From: Candidatus Berkelbacteria bacterium | Lineage (GTDB): Bacteria > Patescibacteriota > UBA1384 > 2-12-FULL-50-11 | Assembly: GCA_016432625.1 (NCBI GenBank) | Contig: CP066697.1 | Span: 392,409-456,408, forward strand | Length of the DNA: 64,000 bases | Direction of reading: 5' to 3' | Shown: in pieces, positions 28,295 to 36,683 of the stretch | Layout of the letters: each line of letters starts with the position of its first letter | Numbering within the stretch: position 1 is the stretch's first letter | Program-made: the position numbers and the translations under genes | Notes under the pieces: generated by a model | The model's input: only the letters and a program-made list of their open reading frames with translations | The model's database searches: none | What the model was told of the DNA's origin: nothing

Positions 28295-29533
28295 ATGACA
28301 CGGGACAACTTAATCGTTGGCGTTGACATTGGCACCTCTAAAATAGCCGTCTGTGTTGGCACGATGAACGAAGGCGTCATGCATATCGTCGGCGTCGCTT
28401 CTGTTAACCATAACGGTCTGCGTAAAGGCGTAGTTACCGATATTGAAGAAACGGTCTCGGCCCTGTCACATGCCTTAGAAGAAGCAGAACGGATGGCTGG
28501 TTCAAGTTTGGCACATGCCTACATCGGCGTCAGCGGTAACCATATCGAAACAATGCCCGCCAAGGGCGTGGTAGCTGTTTCCAAACCTAACGGCGAGATC
28601 GACGCTAGCGATGTGGCGCGAGTTATTGATGCCGCTAAAACTGTTGCCCTGCCGCAAAATCGTGAACTGATTCACGTTTTTCCACATCACTTTGTCGTTG
28701 ATGGCCACGAAGACGTTCGTGACCCGATCGGTATGAACGGCATCAGGCTTGAAGTGGAAGCGCTAATAATCAGTAGCTCCGCCTCTGCTTTACGTAACTT
28801 GATTAAAACTGTTGATCAAGCCGGACTAGAAATTGACGGCGTCATTTTCGCGCCGCTTGCGACCGCCAAAGCCATCACCACTAAATCGCAGCGTGAGACG
28901 GGCGTTGTGGTAATCGATCTTGGCGCTGGCTCAACTAATATGGCTGTTTTTGAGGAGGGCGAGCTGCTCCACGCCGCGAGTCTCCCGATCGGCTCTAAAC
29001 ATATCACTAATGATATTGCGATCGGTTTACGTAAGAATCTGGACGTCGCTGAGGCGATCAAGCTTAAATACGGCTCGTGCATCCCAGAGAATATCCGCGA
29101 GACCGAAACAATCAACCTTTCGGTGCTTGATCCAGCTGAAGATGAGAAAGTTTCTCGCCGTCACGTCGCCGAAATTATCGAGGCACGTATTAGTGAGATT
29201 TTCCAAATGGTTAAAGAAGAGCTGCAAAGAATTGGCAAAGACGGTTTATTGCCAGCCGGCGCTGTATTTACAGGTGCGGGCGCTAGTCTTGAAGACCTCT
29301 GCGAACAGGCTCGAAAACAGCTACGTCTTCCCGCTGAATTAGGGTTTCCGACAGCTCAAATGAGCGGCATGATTGACAAAATTGACAATCCAATCTACGC
29401 TACCAGCGTTGGACTGGTTCTCTGGGGAATGGATGAGGGGCAGGGAGCGACTCCTAGAACATTGCTAGACTTTGGAAAATTAGGAGGGGTGTTAGATAGG
29501 TTCCGAGGAATACTTCGGAACTTTACGAATTGA
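28295..29533 (+). CDS. ftsA: Cell division protein FtsA
   Basis: GVDIGTSKI, GLRKGVV, DLGAGST, IEARISEI. Confidence 0.96.
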   Translation: MTRDNLIVGVDIGTSKIAVCVGTMNEGVMHIVGVASVNHNGLRKGVVTDIEETVSALSHALEEAERMAGSSLAHAYIGVSGNHIETMPAKGVVAVSKPNGEIDASDVARVIDAAKTVALPQNRELIHVFPHHFVVDGHEDVRDPIGMNGIRLEVEALIISSSASALRNLIKTVDQAGLEIDGVIFAPLATAKAITTKSQRETGVVVIDLGAGSTNMAVFEEGELLHAASLPIGSKHITNDIAIGLRKNLDVAEAIKLKYGSCIPENIRETETINLSVLDPAEDEKVSRRHVAEIIEARISEIFQMVKEELQRIGKDGLLPAGAVFTGAGASLEDLCEQARKQLRLPAELGFPTAQMSGMIDKIDNPIYATSVGLVLWGMDEGQGATPRTLLDFGKLGGVLDRFRGILRNFTN

Positions 29534-29566
29534 CCGAAGTACGCTACAAATCTCTTAATTTAACCT

Positions 29567-30850
29567 ATGGATAAAGAAAGCTTAGACACTCTTGCAAATA
29601 TTAAAGTCTGCGGTGTTGGTGGTTCCGGCGGAAATGCAGTCGCCCGAATGATCGCCGCTCGAGTTCGTGGTGTCGAATTTATTGCGATCAATACTGACGC
29701 CCAAGCGCTAATCAATAACCCAGCGCCGACCAAGGTTCAGATCGGCAAAGAAACCACTCGTGGCTTAGGTGCCGGTGCTGATATTGAAATTGGACGCAAG
29801 AGCGCCGAAGAGAATAAAGATGAGATTTACGAGGTCCTAAAAGGGGCCGATATGGTTTTCGTTACTTACGGAGCCGGTGGCGGTACTGGTACGGGCGCAG
29901 CGCCGTTGGTTGCTCAAATCGCTAAAGAATTAGGCGCGTTGACTGTCGGCGTTGTCACCAAACCGTTCAGTTTTGAGGGATTGCGCCGCAAGAAAATGGC
30001 CGAGATCGGCATCGAAGAGTTGCGCGACAAGGTTGATACGCTAATCACTATCCCTAACGACCGCTTGCTGCAGGTCATCGACAAGAAAACCTCGCTCCCT
30101 GACGCCTTTGGAATCGTCGACGATATCCTTCGCCAAGGTGTTCAGGGTATTTCAGATCTTATTATCGTGCCGGGTATTATTAACGTCGACTTTGCTGACG
30201 TTCGTACTATCATGCATGACGCCGGCTCCGCCCTCATGGGTATCGGCCGCGCTTCAGGAGAGAACCGAGCGATTGAGGCTGCGCGCCAAGCCATCGACTC
30301 ACCGCTGCTTGAGCTTTCAATCGACGGCGCTATGGGTATCCTTTATAACATCACCGGCGGCCCTGATATGACGATGTATGAGGTCGAGGAAGCCTCAAAA
30401 GCCATTACTGAAGCCGCTCACCCTGAAGCCAACATTATCTTCGGAGCAATTGTTGACGACGCGATGTCTGGTGAGATCAAGATCACGGTCATCGCCACAG
30501 GTTTTGAATCTGAAATGGCTAAACAGCCGCCTAAACGCCGCACTATTGATGAAGGAATGGGCATGGGCATTAGGCCAGCAGCGCCGACTCAGGGAACTGG
30601 CGGCTTCACATCGGTGCCGTTCTTTGGATCCTCAAACCAACCGACGAACACCCCGAGCTCACCGATGGATTACGAGCCTATGATCGATACCAGGCCGACC
30701 AATCGCCCGGAGCGCGACACTCGCTCACCGTTTGGCAACCGCCAGGAACCTAAAGCCGAACCAGATCGAACAGAAGCGCCGCCTCCAAAAGATAAAGACT
30801 CAGATGACGAGTTCGACGTCCCCGCGTTCATCAGGAGAAAATTACGTTAG
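29567..30850 (+). CDS. ftsZ: Cell division protein FtsZ
   Basis: GGGTGTG tubulin signature, C-terminal DVPAFIRR. Confidence 0.98.
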   Translation: MDKESLDTLANIKVCGVGGSGGNAVARMIAARVRGVEFIAINTDAQALINNPAPTKVQIGKETTRGLGAGADIEIGRKSAEENKDEIYEVLKGADMVFVTYGAGGGTGTGAAPLVAQIAKELGALTVGVVTKPFSFEGLRRKKMAEIGIEELRDKVDTLITIPNDRLLQVIDKKTSLPDAFGIVDDILRQGVQGISDLIIVPGIINVDFADVRTIMHDAGSALMGIGRASGENRAIEAARQAIDSPLLELSIDGAMGILYNITGGPDMTMYEVEEASKAITEAAHPEANIIFGAIVDDAMSGEIKITVIATGFESEMAKQPPKRRTIDEGMGMGIRPAAPTQGTGGFTSVPFFGSSNQPTNTPSSPMDYEPMIDTRPTNRPERDTRSPFGNRQEPKAEPDRTEAPPPKDKDSDDEFDVPAFIRRKLR

Positions 30851-31057
30851 TAATTTCGAGTGATCGAGCGAACGCGAGAATCAGACGCAAACTTCGCTAA
30901 CTCCCGAACTTAAGCCGTACAATATCCGAACAAACGCTAAAATTGAACCATATGTAGCTATTGCCCTTGACAGCCGTACGTTTAGACGTCAAAAGTGGAA
31001 GAGTCGGCACTAAAGATGCCCGCAAGGGGGCGAACAATTTTGTTTTAAAGGGGGAAG

Positions 31058-34000
31058 ATGGCCAAACAGAAAGACAAGTTTCATGATATTGCGCTGAAGC
31101 CAGTGGAGATTTCGGTTGATCTGTCAGACAGAGAGGGTAAGCCAAGCAAAGGCCTCAAACTTAACCGCCACTTTACCAAGAAGGGTAAAGATATATACGC
31201 CGACATTACCTGGGATAAGCGGACTTCCATCATTACTGACGAAAAGGGTAACCTAATCTCCCAGATTAACGACCTCGAGACACCAAGCACCTGGAGTCAA
31301 CTCGCGACCGACATCTTAGCTTATAAGTATTTACGCAAAGCCGGCGTGCCTACTCCCGAGGGCCGCGAAACCAGCGCCAAGCAGGCCGTTTACCGCATAG
31401 CACACAGCTTTGCCGATTTCGGCGAGAAGTTTGGTTATTTCGCTTCCAAAGACGACCGTATGACTTTTGAGGAAGAGTTGAGTTATCTGTTAATCACTCA
31501 GCGAGCCGCCTTTAACTCTCCTGTGTGGTTCAATGTCGGCCTGCATCATCAATACGGCATTCAAGGGCAGGGTGGGGGATTCTATTGGAATTTCGCCGAA
31601 GAGAAAGTGCTCGAAACTGAAACCGCTTATCGCAACCCTCAATGTTCGGCCTGCTTTATCTTGGCCGTTAGAGACTCCTTACCAGACATTTTTGAACTGA
31701 TTAAGACCGAATCGCATATCTTTAAGTATGGTTCCGGCTCCGGTGCCAACTTCGCCCCTTTACGCAGCCGCTTCGAGAAGCTCTCCGGCGGCGGTAAATC
31801 ATCCGGCATGATGAGTTTCCTCAAGGTCTTCGACCGAGCGGCCGACTCTGTTAAGAGTGGCGGTACGACTCGCCGTGCAGCCAAGATGGTTGTTGTCGAT
31901 CTGGATCACCCAGAGATTGAGGACTTCATTAACTGGAAGGTTCGTGAGGAACGCAAAGTCCAAGCAATGATTGAGGCCGGTTATCCATCTGATTTTAACG
32001 GTGAGGCCTACGGCACTGTTTCTGGCCAAAATTCTAATAACTCAGTGCGCGTGACGGATGAGTTTATGAAAGCCGTCGAAAATGATGGTGAGTGGTCAAC
32101 TCGCACTCGCACTAACGGCGACATCTACAAAACCTACAAGGCCCGTGAACTAATGGATATGATCGCTAAAGCCGCTTGGCAGTGCGCCGATCCAGGAATG
32201 CAGTTCGACACTACCGTTAATGAGTGGCATACCTGCCCCAATACTAACCGTATTAACGCCTCAAACCCGTGTAGTGAGTATATGTTCCTCGATGACTCGG
32301 CCTGTAACCTAGCTTCAATTAACGTTGCGAAATTTGTTGATGAAGCTGGTAATTTCGACATTGCCGGTTATCGTCACGCCTGCCGCACGGTCTTTATCGG
32401 TCAAGAAATTGCCGTTGATTTCTCGGCGTACCCAACTAAAGCCATTGCCCAAAATAGTCACGACTACCGCCCGCTAGGACTAGGCTATGCCAACCTCGGC
32501 ACCCTACTGATGCTACGAGGCGTCCCGTACGACTCTGAACAAGGCCGAGCTATCGCTGGGGCCTTAACGGCTATAATGTGCGGCCACGCCTACAAAACTA
32601 GCGCCGAGATCGCCGCCGTCAAAGGGCCGTTCAACGGTTACGCAAAAAATCGTGCCCCAATGTTAAACGTTATGCGTAAACACCGGGCAGCTGCTTACCG
32701 GCTTGACGAAAAAGCTTGTCCAAACGATATCTTAGAAGCCGCCAGGCAAGATTGGGACGAAGCCGTGGCGCTTGGCGAGCAATTCGGCTACCGCAACGCC
32801 CAAGCTACAGTCATCGCGCCGACGGGAACAATCGGCCTACTAATGGACTGCGATACTACCGGCATCGAACCCGACTTCGCCCTAGTTAAATATAAAAAGC
32901 TCGCCGGCGGTGGCGGTATGAAAATTGTTAACAACGCCGTAACTCGCGCTTTGGCAAATCTTGGTTACACGCCCGAGCAACAGAAAGACATCCTGACTTA
33001 CGCTCTCGGCAACGGCACCCTAAACAGCGAGACGCCGATTAATCGTTCGTCCCTGCTCGCTAAAGGATTAACTGAGGACGAAATTGCTGCTGTGGAGCGT
33101 AATTTGCCAGCTGCTTTTGATATCCGACACTCTTTCAACCGCTACGTTGTTGGAGACGCAGCAATGGAGCGCCTTGGCGTTACCAGTGAAGATGAGGCTG
33201 ATCCAGGATTTTCTCTTCTAAATAAACTTGGTTTCAGCGAGATTGAGATCGAGCAAACAAACCAAGTTATCTGTGGCACACAGATGCTTGAAGGTGCGCC
33301 CCATCTTAAAGAAGAGCATTATCAAGTGTTCGACTGCGCCAATAAATGCGGCGCTCACGGTACTCGTTTCTTGAGCCCAATGTCACACGTTAAGATGATG
33401 GCCGCTGTTCAGCCGTTTATTTCCGGTGCCATCTCTAAAACCATCAACATGCCGCATGAAGCCACCGTGGAGGAAGTGAAGGACGTTTACATGCAATCGT
33501 GGAAGCTCGGCGTCAAGGCCATGGCCCTGTACCGCGACGGCTCTAAACTTAGCCAGCCGCTGAACGTTCAAAAGAAAAAAGACGAGGACAAGCCCGAGGC
33601 AGTTGAGACGCCCGCGGCTGGTATCTTTGTGCCACGGCGCCGCCGTTTGCCTGACGAGCGCAAAGCCGTGACACATAAATTCAACGTTGGTGGCCACGAA
33701 GGCTATCTAACGCTCGGATTCTTCGAGGACGGCACCCTGGGCGAGATCTTCATTACCATGTCCAAACAAGGCAGCCTTATCTCCGGGCTGATGGATGCCT
33801 GGGCCGCAACGCTATCCGTGGCGATGCAGTACGGAGTACCAGCCTCAACTTGGGTGCGTAAGTTCATGAACGCCCGGTTTGAGCCGTCTGGCTTCACTAA
33901 GAACCCTCAAATCAGGATTGCGAAGTCGATCATTGATTATGTCGCGCGTTACATTGGCTTGAAATGTTTGACGCCAGAGGAGCAGTACGAACTTGGCCTA

Positions 34001-34285
34001 ATTAACGAAGCGCCTAATCTTGTAAGTGACAGCGCTCCCAGCGTCAACACTACCGCACCCGTAGTGGAACAGGTTACTCAAGAGGAAGCCGCACCAACCA
34101 GCGAGCCCCTAATCTCACCGGTATCAGCTCCGAGTAATCAAGCCGAGCTGCCGATCGTGGATGGGGAAAAATCTAAATCAAGTGACGCACCAATTTGTGC
34201 GAAATGTGGCAGCTTAATGCGGATGAAAACCGGCTCTTGCTACACCTGCACTAACTGCGGCAATACTTCCGGCGGCTGCGGATAG
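31058..34285 (+). CDS. nrdJ: Class II (adenosylcobalamin-dependent) ribonucleotide reductase
   Basis: FNSPVWFN, PQCSACFI, NPCSE, APTGTI, TSCPD-like domain and C-terminal Cys cluster. Confidence 0.95.
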   Translation: MAKQKDKFHDIALKPVEISVDLSDREGKPSKGLKLNRHFTKKGKDIYADITWDKRTSIITDEKGNLISQINDLETPSTWSQLATDILAYKYLRKAGVPTPEGRETSAKQAVYRIAHSFADFGEKFGYFASKDDRMTFEEELSYLLITQRAAFNSPVWFNVGLHHQYGIQGQGGGFYWNFAEEKVLETETAYRNPQCSACFILAVRDSLPDIFELIKTESHIFKYGSGSGANFAPLRSRFEKLSGGGKSSGMMSFLKVFDRAADSVKSGGTTRRAAKMVVVDLDHPEIEDFINWKVREERKVQAMIEAGYPSDFNGEAYGTVSGQNSNNSVRVTDEFMKAVENDGEWSTRTRTNGDIYKTYKARELMDMIAKAAWQCADPGMQFDTTVNEWHTCPNTNRINASNPCSEYMFLDDSACNLASINVAKFVDEAGNFDIAGYRHACRTVFIGQEIAVDFSAYPTKAIAQNSHDYRPLGLGYANLGTLLMLRGVPYDSEQGRAIAGALTAIMCGHAYKTSAEIAAVKGPFNGYAKNRAPMLNVMRKHRAAAYRLDEKACPNDILEAARQDWDEAVALGEQFGYRNAQATVIAPTGTIGLLMDCDTTGIEPDFALVKYKKLAGGGGMKIVNNAVTRALANLGYTPEQQKDILTYALGNGTLNSETPINRSSLLAKGLTEDEIAAVERNLPAAFDIRHSFNRYVVGDAAMERLGVTSEDEADPGFSLLNKLGFSEIEIEQTNQVICGTQMLEGAPHLKEEHYQVFDCANKCGAHGTRFLSPMSHVKMMAAVQPFISGAISKTINMPHEATVEEVKDVYMQSWKLGVKAMALYRDGSKLSQPLNVQKKKDEDKPEAVETPAAGIFVPRRRRLPDERKAVTHKFNVGGHEGYLTLGFFEDGTLGEIFITMSKQGSLISGLMDAWAATLSVAMQYGVPASTWVRKFMNARFEPSGFTKNPQIRIAKSIIDYVARYIGLKCLTPEEQYELGLINEAPNLVSDSAPSVNTTAPVVEQVTQEEAAPTSEPLISPVSAPSNQAELPIVDGEKSKSSDAPICAKCGSLMRMKTGSCYTCTNCGNTSGGCG

Positions 34286-34323
34286 GGGATACGAAGGAAG
34301 CTCACTGGACCAAACAGTGAGCT

Positions 34324-34959
34324 TCAGATCAGGTTGTAGTTGTCCGGAAACTCTACGGGAGAATTTAGGTCTCCATCCCATTGAATTTGGCTCCGAACAA
34401 CGAGATCTGTGACGAGAGGCTGAAACACCAGCTCTGTTTCATTGACCCGCTTCTGGAGAGTTTCTGCCGTGTCAGTAGGCAGAATCTCAACCGGAATCCG
34501 GCAAATGGCAGGACCTTCGTCGTACCTGGGCGTGACGAAGTGCATCGTCACGGCGGATTTAGTCAGGCGATGAGCCTTGTACGCCTCAATGACAGCCTCA
34601 TGAACGTGGTGCCCATACATTCCCTTACCACCAAATTCAGGAAGTGGCCCAGGATGAATATTGAGCGTTCGACTGGGGGCAAAACCTCCAAAGGGCTTGA
34701 GCCACCCAGAGAGCGCCACCCAATCTGGATCAAAATGGCGCAGAACCGATCCGTAGCCCTCGTCGTCGTAAGGTCCAGCAAAGTGTCGAAACTCAACTCC
34801 GAGCCGGTGCGCTCGCTCGAAGACACCGCCATGAGCGTGATTAGAGACAACGCCGACAATCCCAGCCGACAGCTTCCCTGACCGGGAGGCAACGACCAGA
34901 TTCTCAAAACCGCTGCCGCCAGACACGGCAGTACCACTGGCGAAAACCAACAATTTCAC
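34324..34959 (-). CDS. purN: Phosphoribosylglycinamide formyltransferase
   Basis: VFASG..GSGF, NIHPGPLP.FGGKGMYG..VH, HFV...YDEG; GTG start with GGAGG. Confidence 0.88.
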   Translation of the reverse strand: MKLLVFASGTAVSGGSGFENLVVASRSGKLSAGIVGVVSNHAHGGVFERAHRLGVEFRHFAGPYDDEGYGSVLRHFDPDWVALSGWLKPFGGFAPSRTLNIHPGPLPEFGGKGMYGHHVHEAVIEAYKAHRLTKSAVTMHFVTPRYDEGPAICRIPVEILPTDTAETLQKRVNETELVFQPLVTDLVVRSQIQWDGDLNSPVEFPDNYNLI

Positions 34960-35045
34960 GGAACACCTCCTAAAGCTTAGTAACAATAACGTTGATAGTT
35001 AGCAACTAGCTTGGTAATAAAAGATACAACTGTTAAAAATAAGTA

Positions 35046-35594
35046 ATGAAGATCTACACGCGAGCAGGCGACGGGGGAGAGACGGGCTTGCCGGGCGGCA
35101 GGCGACTTAAGAAAACCGACGAGGTATTCAAATGCCTCGGAGATTTGGACGAGGCTAACGCAGGTCTGGGTTTGGCCATTAGCCAAATAGACGCCGAAAA
35201 TCTGAAATTTCCCGTCCAACAGCTGTACGAACTTCAGTCTAATTTACTGTCGATTGGCGCCTTGATCGCCTCAGACGACCCATTACGAAGCCCAATATTA
35301 AAGCGTCTAGACAAGTTAACCGACAAGCTAGAATCGCAGATTGACGATTGGGATAAAAGGCTACCGCCGCTGAAGAATTTTATTTTGCCCGGCGGCTCAC
35401 AATCGGGCGCTAGTCTACACTTCTGCCGCACTTTAATTCGCCGCGCTGAGCGTTCGTATCAAGCGTTAACGGACGAAAAAGTAAAGATTATTGTCGTTGG
35501 TCGTTATTTAAACCGCCTTAGTGACTACTTATTCCAAGCGGCTCGCTTCGCCAATCATCTAGCAAATTATCGTGAACAAATCTGGCAGCAATAG
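35046..35594 (+). CDS. PduO-type cob(I)alamin adenosyltransferase
   Basis: KIYTRAGDGGET, GDLDEAN, FILPGG, RRAER, YLNRLSDYLF. Confidence 0.93.
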   Translation: MKIYTRAGDGGETGLPGGRRLKKTDEVFKCLGDLDEANAGLGLAISQIDAENLKFPVQQLYELQSNLLSIGALIASDDPLRSPILKRLDKLTDKLESQIDDWDKRLPPLKNFILPGGSQSGASLHFCRTLIRRAERSYQALTDEKVKIIVVGRYLNRLSDYLFQAARFANHLANYREQIWQQ

Positions 35595-35653
35595 CTGTAA
35601 GATTCGCCATTAAAACCCTTGACTCTAATAATCAGGTTTGGTACTATGCCAGC

Positions 35654-35795
35654 GTAAATTAAAAGGTCTGAAATCTTCCTGTGTCGCTGGAAGTATCGGT
35701 TAAGTTTGCCGAGATAGCCCCCTCCCGTCTCGACAGCTTGCCGGTACTTTTAGCAACACAGCCTAAAAAGACCTCCCTCGCGGAGGTCTTTTTAG
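35654..35795 (+). ncRNA. Candidate sRNA E (~140 nt): long hairpin with C-rich loop
   Basis: TTGACT-17-TACTAT (35619-35647), extended hairpin 35679-35761, terminator 35763-35795. Confidence 0.6.
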
Positions 35796-35847
35796 TTGGG
35801 GGAAGGATGCTTGTGATTTTTTAGCGAGTCGGTATGCTGGAAACTAC

Positions 35848-36402
35848 ATGTCTGCGACTACTCAACTCGGAAAACCATCGGCGCTAGCGCTTATTGTAAT
35901 ATCAGTTATTGGCCGTCTGATTCCGCACCCAGCCAACTTTACGCCGCTCGGCGCCACAGCACTTTTTGGCGGCTCCAAACTGGAGCGCCCCTGGAATTAT
36001 TTGGCACCACTTTTCGTGCTGTTCGTAACAGACCTAATCATCGGACTGCACGGCACAATGCCCTACGTGTACGGCGCATTCGTCTTAAACGTTTGGTTAG
36101 GCGAGAGGCTTCTTAGTAAACGTCCTAAAATGTTGCGGGTAGCCGGAGTTGGCCTAACGGGAGCGGTGATGTTTTTCATCATCAGCAATTTCGGAGTCTG
36201 GATGGAGGGAGTGCTCTACCCGAAAACTTTGCTCGGCCTTATCGATTGTTATATTGCCGCCCTGCCTTTCTTCACTAACACATTAGCCGGTGATTTAATC
36301 TTTGCAGTTAGCTTCTTTGCCCTGTATCAATTTGCCGAAAATCGCTCGCTGACACAAAAATTTGACAAAACTGTTGTCGAATGGCTAGTTGTAAATAGAT
36401 GA
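35848..36402 (+). CDS. DUF6580-like putative transport protein (ECF S-component-like)
   Basis: RLIPHPANFTPLGA.ALF.G, FFIISNFGVW, CY.AALPFF. Confidence 0.85.
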   Translation: MSATTQLGKPSALALIVISVIGRLIPHPANFTPLGATALFGGSKLERPWNYLAPLFVLFVTDLIIGLHGTMPYVYGAFVLNVWLGERLLSKRPKMLRVAGVGLTGAVMFFIISNFGVWMEGVLYPKTLLGLIDCYIAALPFFTNTLAGDLIFAVSFFALYQFAENRSLTQKFDKTVVEWLVVNR

Positions 36403-36683
36403 GTATGGTCAAACTTCTAGATTTTTGGGCAGCTTGGTGTGGTCCGTGTAAGATAATGAACCCGATTATTGAAGAGATCGAGAAAGAGTTTGTTGGCAAG
36501 ATCGTTATCGAAAAAGTTGATGTGGATGCAGCCGAGAATCAACAGAAAGTGCAGGATTACCAAGTCGGGGCAATGCCTACCTACATCATTGAGGCTAACG
36601 GGGAAGTAGTTGAACAATTCATCGGGGCGCAACCAAAATCCACTTTAGTTAAAGCTCTGAATCACGCGCTCGAAAACAACTAG
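36399..36683 (+). CDS. Thioredoxin
   Basis: DFWAAWCGPCK. Confidence 0.95.
   Translation: MSMVKLLDFWAAWCGPCKIMNPIIEEIEKEFVGKIVIEKVDVDAAENQQKVQDYQVGAMPTYIIEANGEVVEQFIGAQPKSTLVKALNHALENN

Noticed and set aside
30915-30960. NrdR boxes upstream of nrdJ
   Set aside because: One partial match (AACCATATGTAG) and a weak second box with atypical spacing; insufficient
35650-35800. Canonical cobalamin riboswitch
   Set aside because: No recognisable B12-box or GGGAA/GCCACTG core despite the suggestive context
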